From an uncultured virus (IMG/VR IMGVR_UViG_3300033405_000010) (taxonomy: Duplodnaviria > Heunggongvirae > Uroviricota > Caudoviricetes): DNA of 64,000 bases. Positions 26,918 to 37,173 of this stretch are shown here, one piece after another. The stretch lies in IMG/VR virus record IMGVR_UViG_3300033405_000010; one strand, given 5' to 3'. The translations under genes and the position numbers were made by a program. Positions within the stretch are counted from its first letter, which is position 1, and the number at the start of each line of letters is the position of its first letter. A model generated the notes under the pieces. That model saw only the letters and a program-made list of their open reading frames with translations. It was not told where the DNA came from and did not search any database.

Positions 26918-29658
26918 CCCTGCTCGACGCGGCTCTGGAGTACGTGCGCCACGGGTTCCCCGTTTTCCCGTGCAAGCTCGACAAGTCGCCCCTGACGGAA
27001 CATGGGTTCAAAGACCGGACACTCGACACTGACCTGGTCCGCGAGTGGTGGACGCGATGGCCCGACGCCTCCATCGGCGTCCCGACCGGCGACAGCACGG
27101 GCTTCATCGTGGTCGACGAGGACCCACGGCACGGCGGCACGGAGTCACTCGCGGCGCTGACGGCGGAGTTCGGGCCGTTGCCGGACGGTCCGGTCGCTCG
27201 AACGGGCGGCGGTGGCCGACACTTCCTCTTGCAATACCCGGGCGGGCTCGTCAGCAACACGGTCGGTTTTCGGCCGGGGCTCGACCTGCGCGCCGAGGGC
27301 GGTTACATCGTCGTGGCCCCCTCGCCACACCCATCGGGCAACTGCTACGCATGGGAGAAGAGCATCTTCGATACGCGGCTTCCGTTTCCTCCGCCCTGGC
27401 TCCTCAAGGTCCTCGAAGAGAAGCGGAGCCCGACGGGCCGGCAGTTCCCGATGGGGCAGGACGGTCGCATCCCGCACGGTCGGCACCACGACTTCATCGT
27501 CTCGACGGCGGCCTCGCTCGTCTCGCGCATCGCGGGCATCGACGAGGGAACCCTGGTCCGGCAACTTCGCGCCATCGTGCGCGAGTCGCTCGACGACTGG
27601 GAAACGCACGAGGGGGAACTCATCCCTGCGGCGCGGTCGGCGATGCTGAAGTTTTACCGCCCGGCGCCCGAGAGCCCGTCTCCTCCGTCGGGGCCGGCGG
27701 GACCAGGCACCACGCCTGTTCCGGGACTCCCTCCCACGACGACGCGGCCGGAGTCGCCGGCGGCTTCCTGGGGCCGTGACCAGAAGGGCGCATGGCCCAA
27801 GGGAGCAGAAGCGCACGCGATGAAGGATGAACTTCGACGCGCGCTGCTCGCGCTGCCGATTCCTCCCGAGGTCCCGCCGCTCTGGAATGTGGTCGGTGAA
27901 GGCGCGAAGGAACACGAGGAGCCGAATCGGTTGGCCTTCGTGACGGCGCTCCAGAAGACGTACTCCTTCATCACGCTGCGCGACACCGGCGAGGTTCTCC
28001 TCTACGACCGACACGGTGTCTACAACGGCGGGGCCCTCGCGTTCATGGGCGAGTGGATTGAGATGAAGCACCGCGAGAGGGACCGGACCGCGACGCAGCG
28101 GTTCGTCGCGGAGAGCGTTGACTCCGTCAAGCGTTCGACCTACTTGGAGCGCGACTCGCTGAACCCGCCGGGCCGTCTTTGCCTGAACAACGGCGTCCTC
28201 GACCTCGATGTCTCACCGCGGGTGAAGGTCGACCACTCGCCGGACCACCACTTCGTGATGCGGCTGCCCGTCGACTACGACCCCGACGCCACCTGCCCGA
28301 ACTTTCTGAAGTTCCTATCGGAGGTCCTGCCCCAACAGGACAAGCAGGACGTCATTCAGGAGATGTTCGGCTACTGCCTGCGACCGGGGAATCCGTACAA
28401 GGTCGCCTTCTTCCTGATGGGAGAGTTCGACTCGGGGAAGTCCACCCTCCTCGAAGTACTGCGCGGTCTCCTCGGCGACGAGAACACGAGCACGATTGCG
28501 CTTCAGTCGCTGGCCGACAACCGGTTCGCTTCGGCGGGGCTCTTCAGCAAGCTCGCCAACATCTACACCGACCTCTCGCCACGGCTCATCAAAGACGTCG
28601 GCCTGTTCAAGATGCTCACGGGCGGTTCGGACCACGTCCCCGCCGAGAAGAAGTTCCAGGCCCCGTTCGCCTTCGTGAACCCCGCGAAGCTCATCTTCTC
28701 GGCCAACGCGCTGCCCGCCGTTCCCTGGGGGGACGATGCCTTCTTCCGCCGGTGGGTGACCCTGGAGTTCGGCGTCCAAATCCCACAGGACCGTCAGGTT
28801 CCGTTCCTCGAATCGAAACTCCTCGAAGAGGCGCCGGGCATCCTCAACTGGGCGCTGGCCGGACTCGACCGGCTCCTCGCGCGGGGGCGCTTCCCCGACA
28901 CCGGTTCCGTGGAGGAGACTCGGCAGCGGTGGCGCCGCTTGTCGGACTCCCTGGCGTGGTTCGCCGAGGAAGTCATCATTCGGGAGCGCGGGTCGTGGGT
29001 CGCCAAGAACGAGTTCTATGCGACGTACGCCGAGTTCTGCGAGGACCACGGGGTAGAGGCACGGTCTCAGACCGACGTGGGAATCGAACTACCCCACCTT
29101 GTTCCGGGCGTTCATGCGACGGTCGCCAAGCCCGGAGGACGCTCCGGAAAGAGCGTCCGGGTGTGGATGGGGGTGCGATTGAAGGCTTCGGGGCTGGACG
29201 AGCCCGTGCCGGCTCCGAGCCTCGCCGGTTCTACGGGTTCTACCGATACTACACCCATTTCCGGGATAACCCCTACGCGCGTGGAGAGGGGGGTAATGCT
29301 GGGAAAGGATGTAGAACAGGTAGAACACGTAGAACGCGAACCCCCCCGAGCCGACCCTGAGGACCTCTTCGACGGGCAAACGACGCGTGCGGATAGGGCC
29401 CGGGAGCGGCTTGGAGAGGCAGAACCCCCTCCTCCCCCCGCAACCTCGCCCCCATCACCCCCGACCCCTCCGGAGGCTGCCCGGAACATGGTCGGAGGCA
29501 TCCCCGGGACGGGCGATGAATTGGGCGTCAAGACTCCGCCGGTCAATCGGCCGACGCATCCCAACTGCACCCTCTGCACGACCCTGGAGAACCACGTCTG
29601 CTACGCCTGCCCGGCCTGTCGGTGGTACGATTCGCACGGAAAGGACGAGGCTCAGTGA
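26914..29658 (+). CDS. Bifunctional primase-polymerase fused to D5/P4-type SF3 helicase
   Basis: Prim-Pol motifs VVDED, TGGGGRH, DLRAEGGYIVVAPS; Walker A GEFDSGKST; FKMLTGG, FFRRW. Confidence 0.93.
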   Translation: MTLLDAALEYVRHGFPVFPCKLDKSPLTEHGFKDRTLDTDLVREWWTRWPDASIGVPTGDSTGFIVVDEDPRHGGTESLAALTAEFGPLPDGPVARTGGGGRHFLLQYPGGLVSNTVGFRPGLDLRAEGGYIVVAPSPHPSGNCYAWEKSIFDTRLPFPPPWLLKVLEEKRSPTGRQFPMGQDGRIPHGRHHDFIVSTAASLVSRIAGIDEGTLVRQLRAIVRESLDDWETHEGELIPAARSAMLKFYRPAPESPSPPSGPAGPGTTPVPGLPPTTTRPESPAASWGRDQKGAWPKGAEAHAMKDELRRALLALPIPPEVPPLWNVVGEGAKEHEEPNRLAFVTALQKTYSFITLRDTGEVLLYDRHGVYNGGALAFMGEWIEMKHRERDRTATQRFVAESVDSVKRSTYLERDSLNPPGRLCLNNGVLDLDVSPRVKVDHSPDHHFVMRLPVDYDPDATCPNFLKFLSEVLPQQDKQDVIQEMFGYCLRPGNPYKVAFFLMGEFDSGKSTLLEVLRGLLGDENTSTIALQSLADNRFASAGLFSKLANIYTDLSPRLIKDVGLFKMLTGGSDHVPAEKKFQAPFAFVNPAKLIFSANALPAVPWGDDAFFRRWVTLEFGVQIPQDRQVPFLESKLLEEAPGILNWALAGLDRLLARGRFPDTGSVEETRQRWRRLSDSLAWFAEEVIIRERGSWVAKNEFYATYAEFCEDHGVEARSQTDVGIELPHLVPGVHATVAKPGGRSGKSVRVWMGVRLKASGLDEPVPAPSLAGSTGSTDTTPISGITPTRVERGVMLGKDVEQVEHVEREPPRADPEDLFDGQTTRADRARERLGEAEPPPPPATSPPSPPTPPEAARNMVGGIPGTGDELGVKTPPVNRPTHPNCTLCTTLENHVCYACPACRWYDSHGKDEAQ
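29228..29335. repeat. Inverted iteron-like heptamer arrays (candidate origin)
   Basis: GTTCTAC at 29228 and 29237 (degenerate copy at 29246); GTAGAAC at 29311, 29320, 29329; 9-bp period. Confidence 0.65.
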
Positions 29659-31076
29659 CCGACCTCCCGGCGGACCTGAAGCCTCTCATCCTCTGTGGGC
29701 ACGTCATCGACGTACTCCGCTCCCTGCCCGAGAAGTCCGTTCAGTGCGTCGTGACGAGCCCGCCGTACTGGGGGCTCCGCGCGTACGGGACCGAGCCGCA
29801 GGTGTGGGGCGGGGACGCGGAGTGCCAGCACCGATGGCTGGACCCGATTCCCGGTGACGCGAAGGGCGGGTCCGGAACGCCGACCGACAAGAACAATCGC
29901 GGCGAGGACTACGCTCGGGGTTCCGAGCGCGGCGCCTTCTGCGCCTGCGGTGCGTGGCGGGGCGAGTTCGGCCTCGAACCGACTCCCGAGCTATACGTCG
30001 CCCACACGGTCGAAATCTGCCGAGAGATTCGGCGCGTCCTCCGTGACGATGGTGTGATGTGGTGGAACCTGGGCGACTCGTACTTCGCCACCGGCGGGGG
30101 CCAGAAGGACGTGGGGAAGGCGGCCTACTCCCCGGGCGACCGGCCGAGGAAGCACGCGACCCTCAAGCCGAAAGACCTGGTGGGCATCCCGTGGCGGGTC
30201 GCCTTCGCGCTCCAGGACGACGGGTGGTGGCTGCGCTCGGACGTCGTCTGGTCGAAGAACAATCCCATGCCCGAGTCGATAACGGACCGCCCGAGCCGGG
30301 CGCACGAGTACATCTTTCTCCTCACGAAGAGCGAGAGGTATTTCTACGACCAGGACGCCGTGCGGACGGCCCTCGCCCAATCCACCGTGAGGGAAGTCGC
30401 GCAGGGCTACAACGGCACGGCGACCAAACTCTACGAGGGGACGGGGGCCCAGGACCCGAGCGAGACCAAGAGCCGCATCATCGCCAACATGCAACGGAAG
30501 CAGGACGCCCTCGGCAAGAACACGTACACCGGGTTCAACGACCGATACGTCCCGCCGGAGTCCGGCGCGAACTTGCGGACGGTCTGGCAGGTCCCGACCC
30601 AGCCCTACAAAGAGGCGCACTTCGCCACCTTCCCCGAGGAGATTCCTCGGCGGTGCATCCTGCTCGGGACGAGCGAGAAGGGATGCTGCGCCAAGTGTGG
30701 GGCGCCGTACGAACGGGACGTCGACGTCAAACGGCCCGAGGGGTACATGGAGTCGTACGAAGACGTCGACGACTCCTACCTCGACAACAGCGGACGTCGC
30801 GGGGGCTGGGAGCCGAGGACCCTCTCATCCATCTACGGGACGTCCACGGCGACGAAGCGCGAGACGAAGGGATGGTCGCCGACGTGCTCCTGCGAAGCCT
30901 CCGAGCCGACGCCCTGCATCGTACTCGACCCATTCGCCGGCTCTGGTACGACGATGACCGTGGCTCGCGGCCTCGGCCGTCGCTCCATCGGGGTCGAGTT
31001 GAAGGATGAGTACGTGAAGATGGCGCGCAGGCGGTGCTCGGCCGACGTGCCCGACCTCATGTCCTTCAGTGCGTAA
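29655..31076 (+). CDS. DNA methyltransferase, N4/N6 beta class with Cys-containing insertions
   Basis: TSPPYW, HFATFP, LDPFAGSGTT. Confidence 0.93.
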   Translation: MTDLPADLKPLILCGHVIDVLRSLPEKSVQCVVTSPPYWGLRAYGTEPQVWGGDAECQHRWLDPIPGDAKGGSGTPTDKNNRGEDYARGSERGAFCACGAWRGEFGLEPTPELYVAHTVEICREIRRVLRDDGVMWWNLGDSYFATGGGQKDVGKAAYSPGDRPRKHATLKPKDLVGIPWRVAFALQDDGWWLRSDVVWSKNNPMPESITDRPSRAHEYIFLLTKSERYFYDQDAVRTALAQSTVREVAQGYNGTATKLYEGTGAQDPSETKSRIIANMQRKQDALGKNTYTGFNDRYVPPESGANLRTVWQVPTQPYKEAHFATFPEEIPRRCILLGTSEKGCCAKCGAPYERDVDVKRPEGYMESYEDVDDSYLDNSGRRGGWEPRTLSSIYGTSTATKRETKGWSPTCSCEASEPTPCIVLDPFAGSGTTMTVARGLGRRSIGVELKDEYVKMARRRCSADVPDLMSFSA

Positions 31077-31108
31077 GTATTTATTTATCACATGCTCTAG
31101 CACCGGCG

Positions 31109-31837
31109 ATGGGAGAGAAGACGGGAATCGCATGGACGGGCTCGACCTGGAACCCGTGGCGGGGCTGCCATAAGGTCAGCGCGGGCTGCAAGTTCTGCTA
31201 CGCGGAGACGCTCGACCGCCGTTTCGGGCACGACTTCAACCAGGTCCGCCGCGCCTCCCCGGCCACGTTCAGCGCGCCCCTCCGATGGAAGGAGCCCCGG
31301 CGCGTGTTCAGTTGCTCGATGTCGGACTTCTTCCTGGAGGAGGCCGACGCATGGCGGGCTGAGGCATGGGACATCATCCGCCGCTGCCCGCAGCACACGT
31401 TCCAGCTACTGACGAAGCGCCCCGAGCGCATCAGCGAACACCTGCCGGATGACTGGGGGCCAAGCGGATGGCCGAATGTGTGGCTCGGGACGACCGGGGA
31501 GACGCACGACCTGGCGTTCGAGCGTGGAATGTACCTCGGTCAGGTCCCTGCGAGGGTGCACTTCCTCTCGGCGGAGCCGTGGCTGGAGGAGAAGGTCACC
31601 AACGCCGTGGAGTACTTCTACACGGTCCTGAACTTCTATGAGTGGGTCATCGTCGGGGGCGAGAGCGGCGTGCACTGCCGGCCGATGAACCTACAGACGG
31701 CGGCGGCGCTCATCGAGGGATGCCAGCACGCCCATGTGCCGGTGTTCCTGAAGCAGCTTGGCGGGCACCCCGACAAGCGGTCTCACGAGAAGGCCGTCAT
31801 CGACGGCAAGACGTGGACCGAGTTCCCTAAGGGGTAG
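31109..31837 (+). CDS. Phage Gp37/Gp68 (DUF5131) radical-SAM-like protein
   Basis: TWNPWRGCHKVSAGCKFCYA, SMSDFF, LTKRPER, WVIVGGESG, FLKQLG. Confidence 0.92.
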   Translation: MGEKTGIAWTGSTWNPWRGCHKVSAGCKFCYAETLDRRFGHDFNQVRRASPATFSAPLRWKEPRRVFSCSMSDFFLEEADAWRAEAWDIIRRCPQHTFQLLTKRPERISEHLPDDWGPSGWPNVWLGTTGETHDLAFERGMYLGQVPARVHFLSAEPWLEEKVTNAVEYFYTVLNFYEWVIVGGESGVHCRPMNLQTAAALIEGCQHAHVPVFLKQLGGHPDKRSHEKAVIDGKTWTEFPKG

Positions 31838-32180
31838 ACGGCGGCGGCGCGGGGGGCGGCTGCTCCCCGGTCAGCGGGACCTCGCCCTGGCCCTCGACGC
31901 GGCTGTCGAGCACGCGCTTGTGGTAGGTCGTCACCCGCGCGAGCTTCGCCACCTGCTCGATGTGGTGGGCGATTTCCTCGGCCTCGGCCGGGTGCTCCCT
32001 CTTCCAGTGGTCACGGAAGAAGTTGTCCTCGGCCCGCACCGTCTGCTCCGTGATGGCGAGCTTCGCCTGCTCCTCGGTCATGTCGGGGCGAACCGTGCCG
32101 GAGATGGAGACCGTTCGGTGAAAGCCGCAAAGCCGGCACTGCATGTTGAATCGGACCGGTCCGGGCATCGGGACGGACAC
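31827..32180 (-). CDS. Hypothetical zinc-binding protein
   Basis: CRLC...HWKREH; AT-rich promoter-like element upstream. Confidence 0.6.
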   Translation of the reverse strand: MSVPMPGPVRFNMQCRLCGFHRTVSISGTVRPDMTEEQAKLAITEQTVRAEDNFFRDHWKREHPAEAEEIAHHIEQVAKLARVTTYHKRVLDSRVEGQGEVPLTGEQPPPAPPPSTP

Positions 32181-32358
32181 GGCTCCTCAGGTAGATAAAT
32201 AATCGGACTCAGGTCGCGCGGTGCCGCGAGACCGATGTCCAGGGCCGGTGCTTCTGAACGTGCACGCGCCATCCGTACTTGGTGGTCCGAATCCACCGAT
32301 GGCAGTAGCGGCAGTATCGGGTCTTTACCGGGTGCTCCGACTTGACGGCGCCCATCGG

Positions 32359-34818
32359 CTACGACCGCACGCCCCGCATCAGGATGGTCTTCTCCTGGCT
32401 CTTCCCCGCGAGGAGGGCCCGGATTCGGGGGTCGACGAAGCGCGCGAGCCGAGAATCGAGGAGGCTCTGAAGCTCGACCGCCGGAGCGAAGCGCATGGTC
32501 GAGATGAACGCAGGCCGCCCGCCGGACCGGCGTAGCCCTCCGACCACCCGCGCCTCGCGCTGCTGGAGGTCGCCGATGGAGAGCGGCTCGTCGAAGTGCA
32601 CGACGTAGTCCGCGACCTGGAAGTTCTGCCCCTCGCCGCCGGCCGCCGTGCAGAAAAGGACGCGGTGGCGCTGCTCGTTCGTGAACGCTCGGACCACGGC
32701 ATCGCCCTGCGCGTCGGTCTTGCTCCCGTCGAAGAAGAGGGACTGCGACATCACGTATCGGAACTCGGCGTAGTCCTCGTTCGACATCGCGGGGAGCGGC
32801 GTCCGGACGACCTGCTGAAGGAACTGGAAGAGCCGTTGGAACGAGCAGAACACGACGCACTTCGCGCCCCGGCCCTGCTGAAGGAAGTCCGTGAGCCACT
32901 CCATGAGCGCCGAGAGCTTCGAGCCGGGGCTGAGCGCCGTCAGGACGTCCCGGCCAATCTGCAACACGAGCCGGTCGGCTATCTCGCTCCCGCTGCCGGG
33001 GACGAAGCGACCGTAGCCGTCGCGTTGGCTCGCCGAGTAGAGGAGGAGGACGGGGTCCGAGGAGAACATCCGCTCGAAGGCCATCGTGGCGAGCAGGTTG
33101 TGCGAGGCGGCGTCGAAGGCGGCCTGGGCCTCGGCGCGCTGCCGCTCGGTCGGCATCGCCTGCGCCTTCTTCTGGAGCGATTCGAGCGAGTCGAGGAACC
33201 GGAACACCTCGCCCTTGATGACGCGGTAGGCGGCCAACTCCGCCGGCGTCGGGTCGATGACCAGGTTCATGCGCGTGATGGGCGGTAGTTGCAGCCCGAC
33301 GTCCGCGACGGTCCTCGTGTACGTCACGGACGAGAGCACGGCCTGAAGGTCTGCGACCTTGTCGGGGCGGAGCCGTGTTGCTTTCTGCATCGTCCGGCGC
33401 TGGCCCGTGCGCTTGTCGACCCGCGCCGACTGCACGGTCCGCATGTGGAAGTAGGTCCGCGCGAACTCGTTGTAGTTGTTCCAGACGCGCCAACCGAGCA
33501 TCGTCACCGGTCCGTAGACGTCGACCGGCTTGTCGTGGACCATCGTCCCCGTCATCAGGAGGCGGTAGGGCGTCGACCACTGGGGCATCCGCTCGTACTT
33601 GAGGCCCGTCCAGCGCGTCCCTTCGAGCATCTCGAAGATGGCCTTGTGCCGCGCCGTGTCCTGGTTCTTCACTCGGTGGCACTCGTCGATGATGACCATC
33701 GTCCGAGGGCCGAGCAGGCTGGCAAGCCCGATTTGCGCGTCGGCGAGCCGCCAGGTGTCGTAGCGCGTGATGACGTACGGCGAGCGCATCGCGTGGGCAT
33801 ACTGGACCCGGCGCTCCTTCGGCCCGCCGTCGATGACGACGGCCTTCTTGCCGTAGTACATCATCAGGAACCGTTCCCACACGGTCCGCTGGGCCCGGCG
33901 CGGAGAGATGATGACGCAACGGTCAACGGCCCGCTGCGCGAAGAGGGTCTCGGCCGCCGCCAGGCCCGCCATCGTCTTCCCGAGTCCCATTTCCATGTTC
34001 AAAACGAGACGGCGCATCGCCAGGAACTTCGAGACGCCGCCAGCCTGGTACGGGTAGAGTTGGAAGTGCTGCCGCGTGAACGGGTCGCGCCCCGGGAGCG
34101 GGAACGCCTGCGGCGGGTACATCGGATAGTCGAGGCCGATGTCTCGCCGGATTTGCTGCTGCTGAGCCTTGATTTCTGGGAAGAGCCGAGCCACGGCGTC
34201 GACATGGATGGCCGAGACGAACGCCGGGCTCGGCTTCAGGCCGCGTCGCTCGATGAACGTCTCGACCCAGTTGCTCGTGATGGGCTGCGGTGTCCCGCTC
34301 GCCGTCAGGACGAATACGCCAGGGACCTGCCGAAGCTGCTCCCAGATGCGCTCCGAGCAGTGCTCCACGTTGCTGAGTTGGATGAGCGAGCCCGCGGGGA
34401 TGGAGCCGATGGCCTGCGGCACGCGCGTCACCGAGGGGATGATGAAGAGAGGAGGGAACTGATTCAACTCGCGCACGAGCACGGCGACCTGCATCGACGA
34501 AAGCCCGCGCCCGACCCACTCCTGGAGCCACCGCCAGAAGCCCGCGCGGTGCACCTCCGTCCAGGGGAACCAGTGTCGCCCTGTCTTCGCCTCGTAGGTG
34601 AGCGGCCCGTCGGGCAGGTCCGTGGAGACGCGGAGCGTGTCGATGAGACCGTTCGAGCCGGAGACGAGGCGACGCCCGTCCTCACTCTCGCGCGGCTCCC
34701 ACTGAAAGCCGACACCGACCTTGTGCGGGTTCACCGAGTCGTCGATGGCGACGGTGACGTTGAGAAGGACAGTACCGAAGGCCCCGGAGACGTTCCACTG
34801 TCCGAGGAGGGCGGGCAC
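32359..34818 (-). CDS. SNF2-family SF2 helicase
   Basis: MEMGLGKT, DECH, MTGT, AGGEGQNFQ, QREAR. Confidence 0.92.
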   Translation of the reverse strand: MPALLGQWNVSGAFGTVLLNVTVAIDDSVNPHKVGVGFQWEPRESEDGRRLVSGSNGLIDTLRVSTDLPDGPLTYEAKTGRHWFPWTEVHRAGFWRWLQEWVGRGLSSMQVAVLVRELNQFPPLFIIPSVTRVPQAIGSIPAGSLIQLSNVEHCSERIWEQLRQVPGVFVLTASGTPQPITSNWVETFIERRGLKPSPAFVSAIHVDAVARLFPEIKAQQQQIRRDIGLDYPMYPPQAFPLPGRDPFTRQHFQLYPYQAGGVSKFLAMRRLVLNMEMGLGKTMAGLAAAETLFAQRAVDRCVIISPRRAQRTVWERFLMMYYGKKAVVIDGGPKERRVQYAHAMRSPYVITRYDTWRLADAQIGLASLLGPRTMVIIDECHRVKNQDTARHKAIFEMLEGTRWTGLKYERMPQWSTPYRLLMTGTMVHDKPVDVYGPVTMLGWRVWNNYNEFARTYFHMRTVQSARVDKRTGQRRTMQKATRLRPDKVADLQAVLSSVTYTRTVADVGLQLPPITRMNLVIDPTPAELAAYRVIKGEVFRFLDSLESLQKKAQAMPTERQRAEAQAAFDAASHNLLATMAFERMFSSDPVLLLYSASQRDGYGRFVPGSGSEIADRLVLQIGRDVLTALSPGSKLSALMEWLTDFLQQGRGAKCVVFCSFQRLFQFLQQVVRTPLPAMSNEDYAEFRYVMSQSLFFDGSKTDAQGDAVVRAFTNEQRHRVLFCTAAGGEGQNFQVADYVVHFDEPLSIGDLQQREARVVGGLRRSGGRPAFISTMRFAPAVELQSLLDSRLARFVDPRIRALLAGKSQEKTILMRGVRS

Positions 34819-34824
34819 GTTCCC

Positions 34825-35160
34825 CTATTCCGGCGGATGGTCTTGAACCACGCGCTCCAGCATCTCGACGTAGGTCATCGGCTCGTACTCGACGGGGAGG
34901 TCGCCCATCGTGACCACGATGCGCTTGCCCTTTTTGGTCGTCTCGTTCGGCCACTGGTAGATATGCTCATGGCCGGGATTATGCCAATAGCGAAAAACGT
35001 AGACCTTGCACATCGGGCAGTAGCCCTCGGAGACCGGGACCGGTAGCCCGCCCTCGATGAAGACCCAGTACCGCCACTTGACCTTGGCTTCGAGGTCACG
35101 ATGGGCCTGCTCCTCACGGGCCAACGCCATCTTGTCCAGGCGGGGAAGCGCCTTCGTCAC
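34825..35160 (-). CDS. Hypothetical protein
   Basis: GTG start after GGAGGG; CPMC. Confidence 0.6.
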   Translation of the reverse strand: MTKALPRLDKMALAREEQAHRDLEAKVKWRYWVFIEGGLPVPVSEGYCPMCKVYVFRYWHNPGHEHIYQWPNETTKKGKRIVVTMGDLPVEYEPMTYVEMLERVVQDHPPE

Positions 35161-35195
35161 GCCACCCTCCACGCGGAGCCAGCGCGTCCTGAGCG

Positions 35196-35567
35196 TCACG
35201 AGGCCGGGAGGCCGACCTTCTCCCGGATAATCTGCTCGACCCAGGCGCTCATGTTGAAGCTCGGCTTCCGCTTCCGCAGCCGGTCGATTTGGTGGACGAT
35301 GGCCGGGTCGAGTGCGACGGTCGTCACGACGCGGACGGGCCGAGGTACGCCGTCGGGAAGTCGACCGCGGTGCTGGCCGACCGGCCAGTCCGTGCGGCCG
35401 TCCGAGTTCCATCGGCGCCATTCCTCACGAACGAACTCTGAGAGGTTGAAGTCGGGGTGCTTCCCCAGCCACTTCGAGACGTCCTCCGGAAGCTGAATCA
35501 GCCGGGGCGCGGAGTTCTGCTTCTTAGGGCGGGGAGGCTTGGCCGGGGTCTTCATCGCATCGGTCAT
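35196..35567 (-). CDS. Tandem RHH-like regulator, paralog of 54359-54685
   Basis: FNLSEFVRE and FNMSAWV repeats. Confidence 0.7.
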   Translation of the reverse strand: MTDAMKTPAKPPRPKKQNSAPRLIQLPEDVSKWLGKHPDFNLSEFVREEWRRWNSDGRTDWPVGQHRGRLPDGVPRPVRVVTTVALDPAIVHQIDRLRKRKPSFNMSAWVEQIIREKVGLPAS

Positions 35568-35592
35568 GGTTTCACCTTAAATAAATAGTGGG

Positions 35593-36000
35593 TCAGCGCA
35601 CCTCGCGCATCAGCGTGCCGCACCAGGGGCAGTGGACCTTCGCCGGTGGGATGGGCTTCGGACCTTCCTCGACCGTCGGCGGCTCGACCAGCGTGGCCTC
35701 GGCGGGGATGTAGACGTAGAGGTCCTCCGGGTGCGTCCGCGAGTTGAGCCAGCCCCCGGCGGCGACCAACCGGTTCCGAAGGCACTCTCGGCTCGGGCAC
35801 TTGTAGGCGTCAAGGCCGAACCGGTTGGCGAGGCCGTGGACGGTGCAGTACGGCAGGCGCTCCCAGGCCATCATCCGGCGCTTCGGGAGCTTCTTGTAGC
35901 CGCGGACGAGGTGCCCGAGGTAGTCGAACTCCGTCGCAGGCCGCCGGCACTTGTGGCTGCGGCACTTCGTTCCCTTGCGGGGGCGGGGAGGGAGTTTCAT
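35593..36000 (-). CDS. Cys-rich hypothetical protein
   Basis: Several CxxC-like motifs. Confidence 0.6.
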   Translation of the reverse strand: MKLPPRPRKGTKCRSHKCRRPATEFDYLGHLVRGYKKLPKRRMMAWERLPYCTVHGLANRFGLDAYKCPSRECLRNRLVAAGGWLNSRTHPEDLYVYIPAEATLVEPPTVEEGPKPIPPAKVHCPWCGTLMREVR

Positions 36001-36341
36001 GGACTCTGCTCCAGTTCGTGAAATATCATACGGATGGCCCCCGAGAGATACGACCAGGAGCGGCCCATCGGAAGCACGCCGCGGAGGTACGCGCGGTGGC
36101 AGACCTTGGCGACGTAGGCCGCCTTGTCGGTGGCGAGCGGGGTGAAGATGCGTCGCCCGTAGATGTCGGGCTCGTTGTTCGAGAGCCGCGCGAACTCCTG
36201 CCACGTCTCCTTCCAGATGAAGTCCTTCGCCTTCGCGGCGTGGAGTCGTTCCATGAGGCGGTCCGTCCGAAGGGAAGCCGGCGAGGGCTTCCGCAGGGCC
36301 GGGTCCTGCTTCCTCAGAAGGCCGACGCGCCGCACGCGCAT
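35997..36341 (-). CDS. Hypothetical protein
   Basis: Coupled ORF with typical codon bias. Confidence 0.6.
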   Translation of the reverse strand: MRVRRVGLLRKQDPALRKPSPASLRTDRLMERLHAAKAKDFIWKETWQEFARLSNNEPDIYGRRIFTPLATDKAAYVAKVCHRAYLRGVLPMGRSWSYLSGAIRMIFHELEQSP

Positions 36342-36343
36342 GG

Positions 36344-36547
36344 TCACTGGACCGGAGGGGGCAGTTCGTTCGGAATGGGCGACCGAGAAATCGGACAGGC
36401 AGGGCAGCGGCACGTCCACGGGTCGCCCTTGTGGACCCACTGATTATCGCTCGTGAGTCGCCAGCAGGTCTTGCAAGAAGACCCGCAGTCGAAGCACTCG
36501 TGACCAGGGCCCTGCGGCCCGGGAGCCGGGGGTGTGGGGATGCTCAT
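36344..36547 (-). CDS. Small Cys-rich protein
   Basis: GGAGG upstream and TATTTATATA promoter-like element. Confidence 0.6.
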   Translation of the reverse strand: MSIPTPPAPGPQGPGHECFDCGSSCKTCWRLTSDNQWVHKGDPWTCRCPACPISRSPIPNELPPPVQ

Positions 36548-36591
36548 GGTTCCTCCATATTGGACATGGGTTCTGACATATATAAATATGC

Positions 36592-37173
36592 CTACGCGGG
36601 CTCCCAACGGCCGCCCATGTGGACGCCCTTCTCGACCACGTCGGGGTTCCACTTGCCACGGACCCACTTGCCGTCCACGAGGAGTTCGGCCTTCTCCCGG
36701 TCGGCCTGCTGGTACCGGCGCTTCCCGTGCTTGCTCGTCTCCGTGACCCAGTAGTACGGATGGCGCCGAGCGTAGCCGATGCTGCCGCCCCACACGTCGC
36801 AGGTCTTGTCGCAGGCGGGGTCGGCGCAGCCGGACTGGCCCATCTCCCCGTAGCGGGGACCGAGGAAGTGCCCGGCGTAAAAGTGGGTGGCCGGGCGGAC
36901 GAGGCAGTATCGGCACTGCCGACCCTCGTCCTTCAGGCCCATCGCCTTGTAGAGCGCGGTGGCGTTCTCGCTGAGTTGCGCCTGGATGGCGCTCTTGGCA
37001 GTCCGCATCGGGTCGAGCGAGCCGTCCTTCGGGACCATGTAGGTGTTCGGGTCGTCGCCGCGGCTCTCGAAGTACCGGTGGGCCCACAGGTAGGCGGAGA
37101 GGAGCCTCCGATGCTCGTCCCACAGGATTTTCAGACCGTACTCGCGCTGCTGCTTCTTCGTCCACGGCTTCAT
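36592..37173 (-). CDS. Hypothetical protein
   Basis: Coupled to the NADAR gene (ATGA overlap). Confidence 0.7.
   Translation of the reverse strand: MKPWTKKQQREYGLKILWDEHRRLLSAYLWAHRYFESRGDDPNTYMVPKDGSLDPMRTAKSAIQAQLSENATALYKAMGLKDEGRQCRYCLVRPATHFYAGHFLGPRYGEMGQSGCADPACDKTCDVWGGSIGYARRHPYYWVTETSKHGKRRYQQADREKAELLVDGKWVRGKWNPDVVEKGVHMGGRWEPA

Noticed and set aside
32078..35046. Long alternative-frame ORFs over the SNF2 gene
   Set aside because: Arg/Ala/Pro-rich artefacts of high GC content
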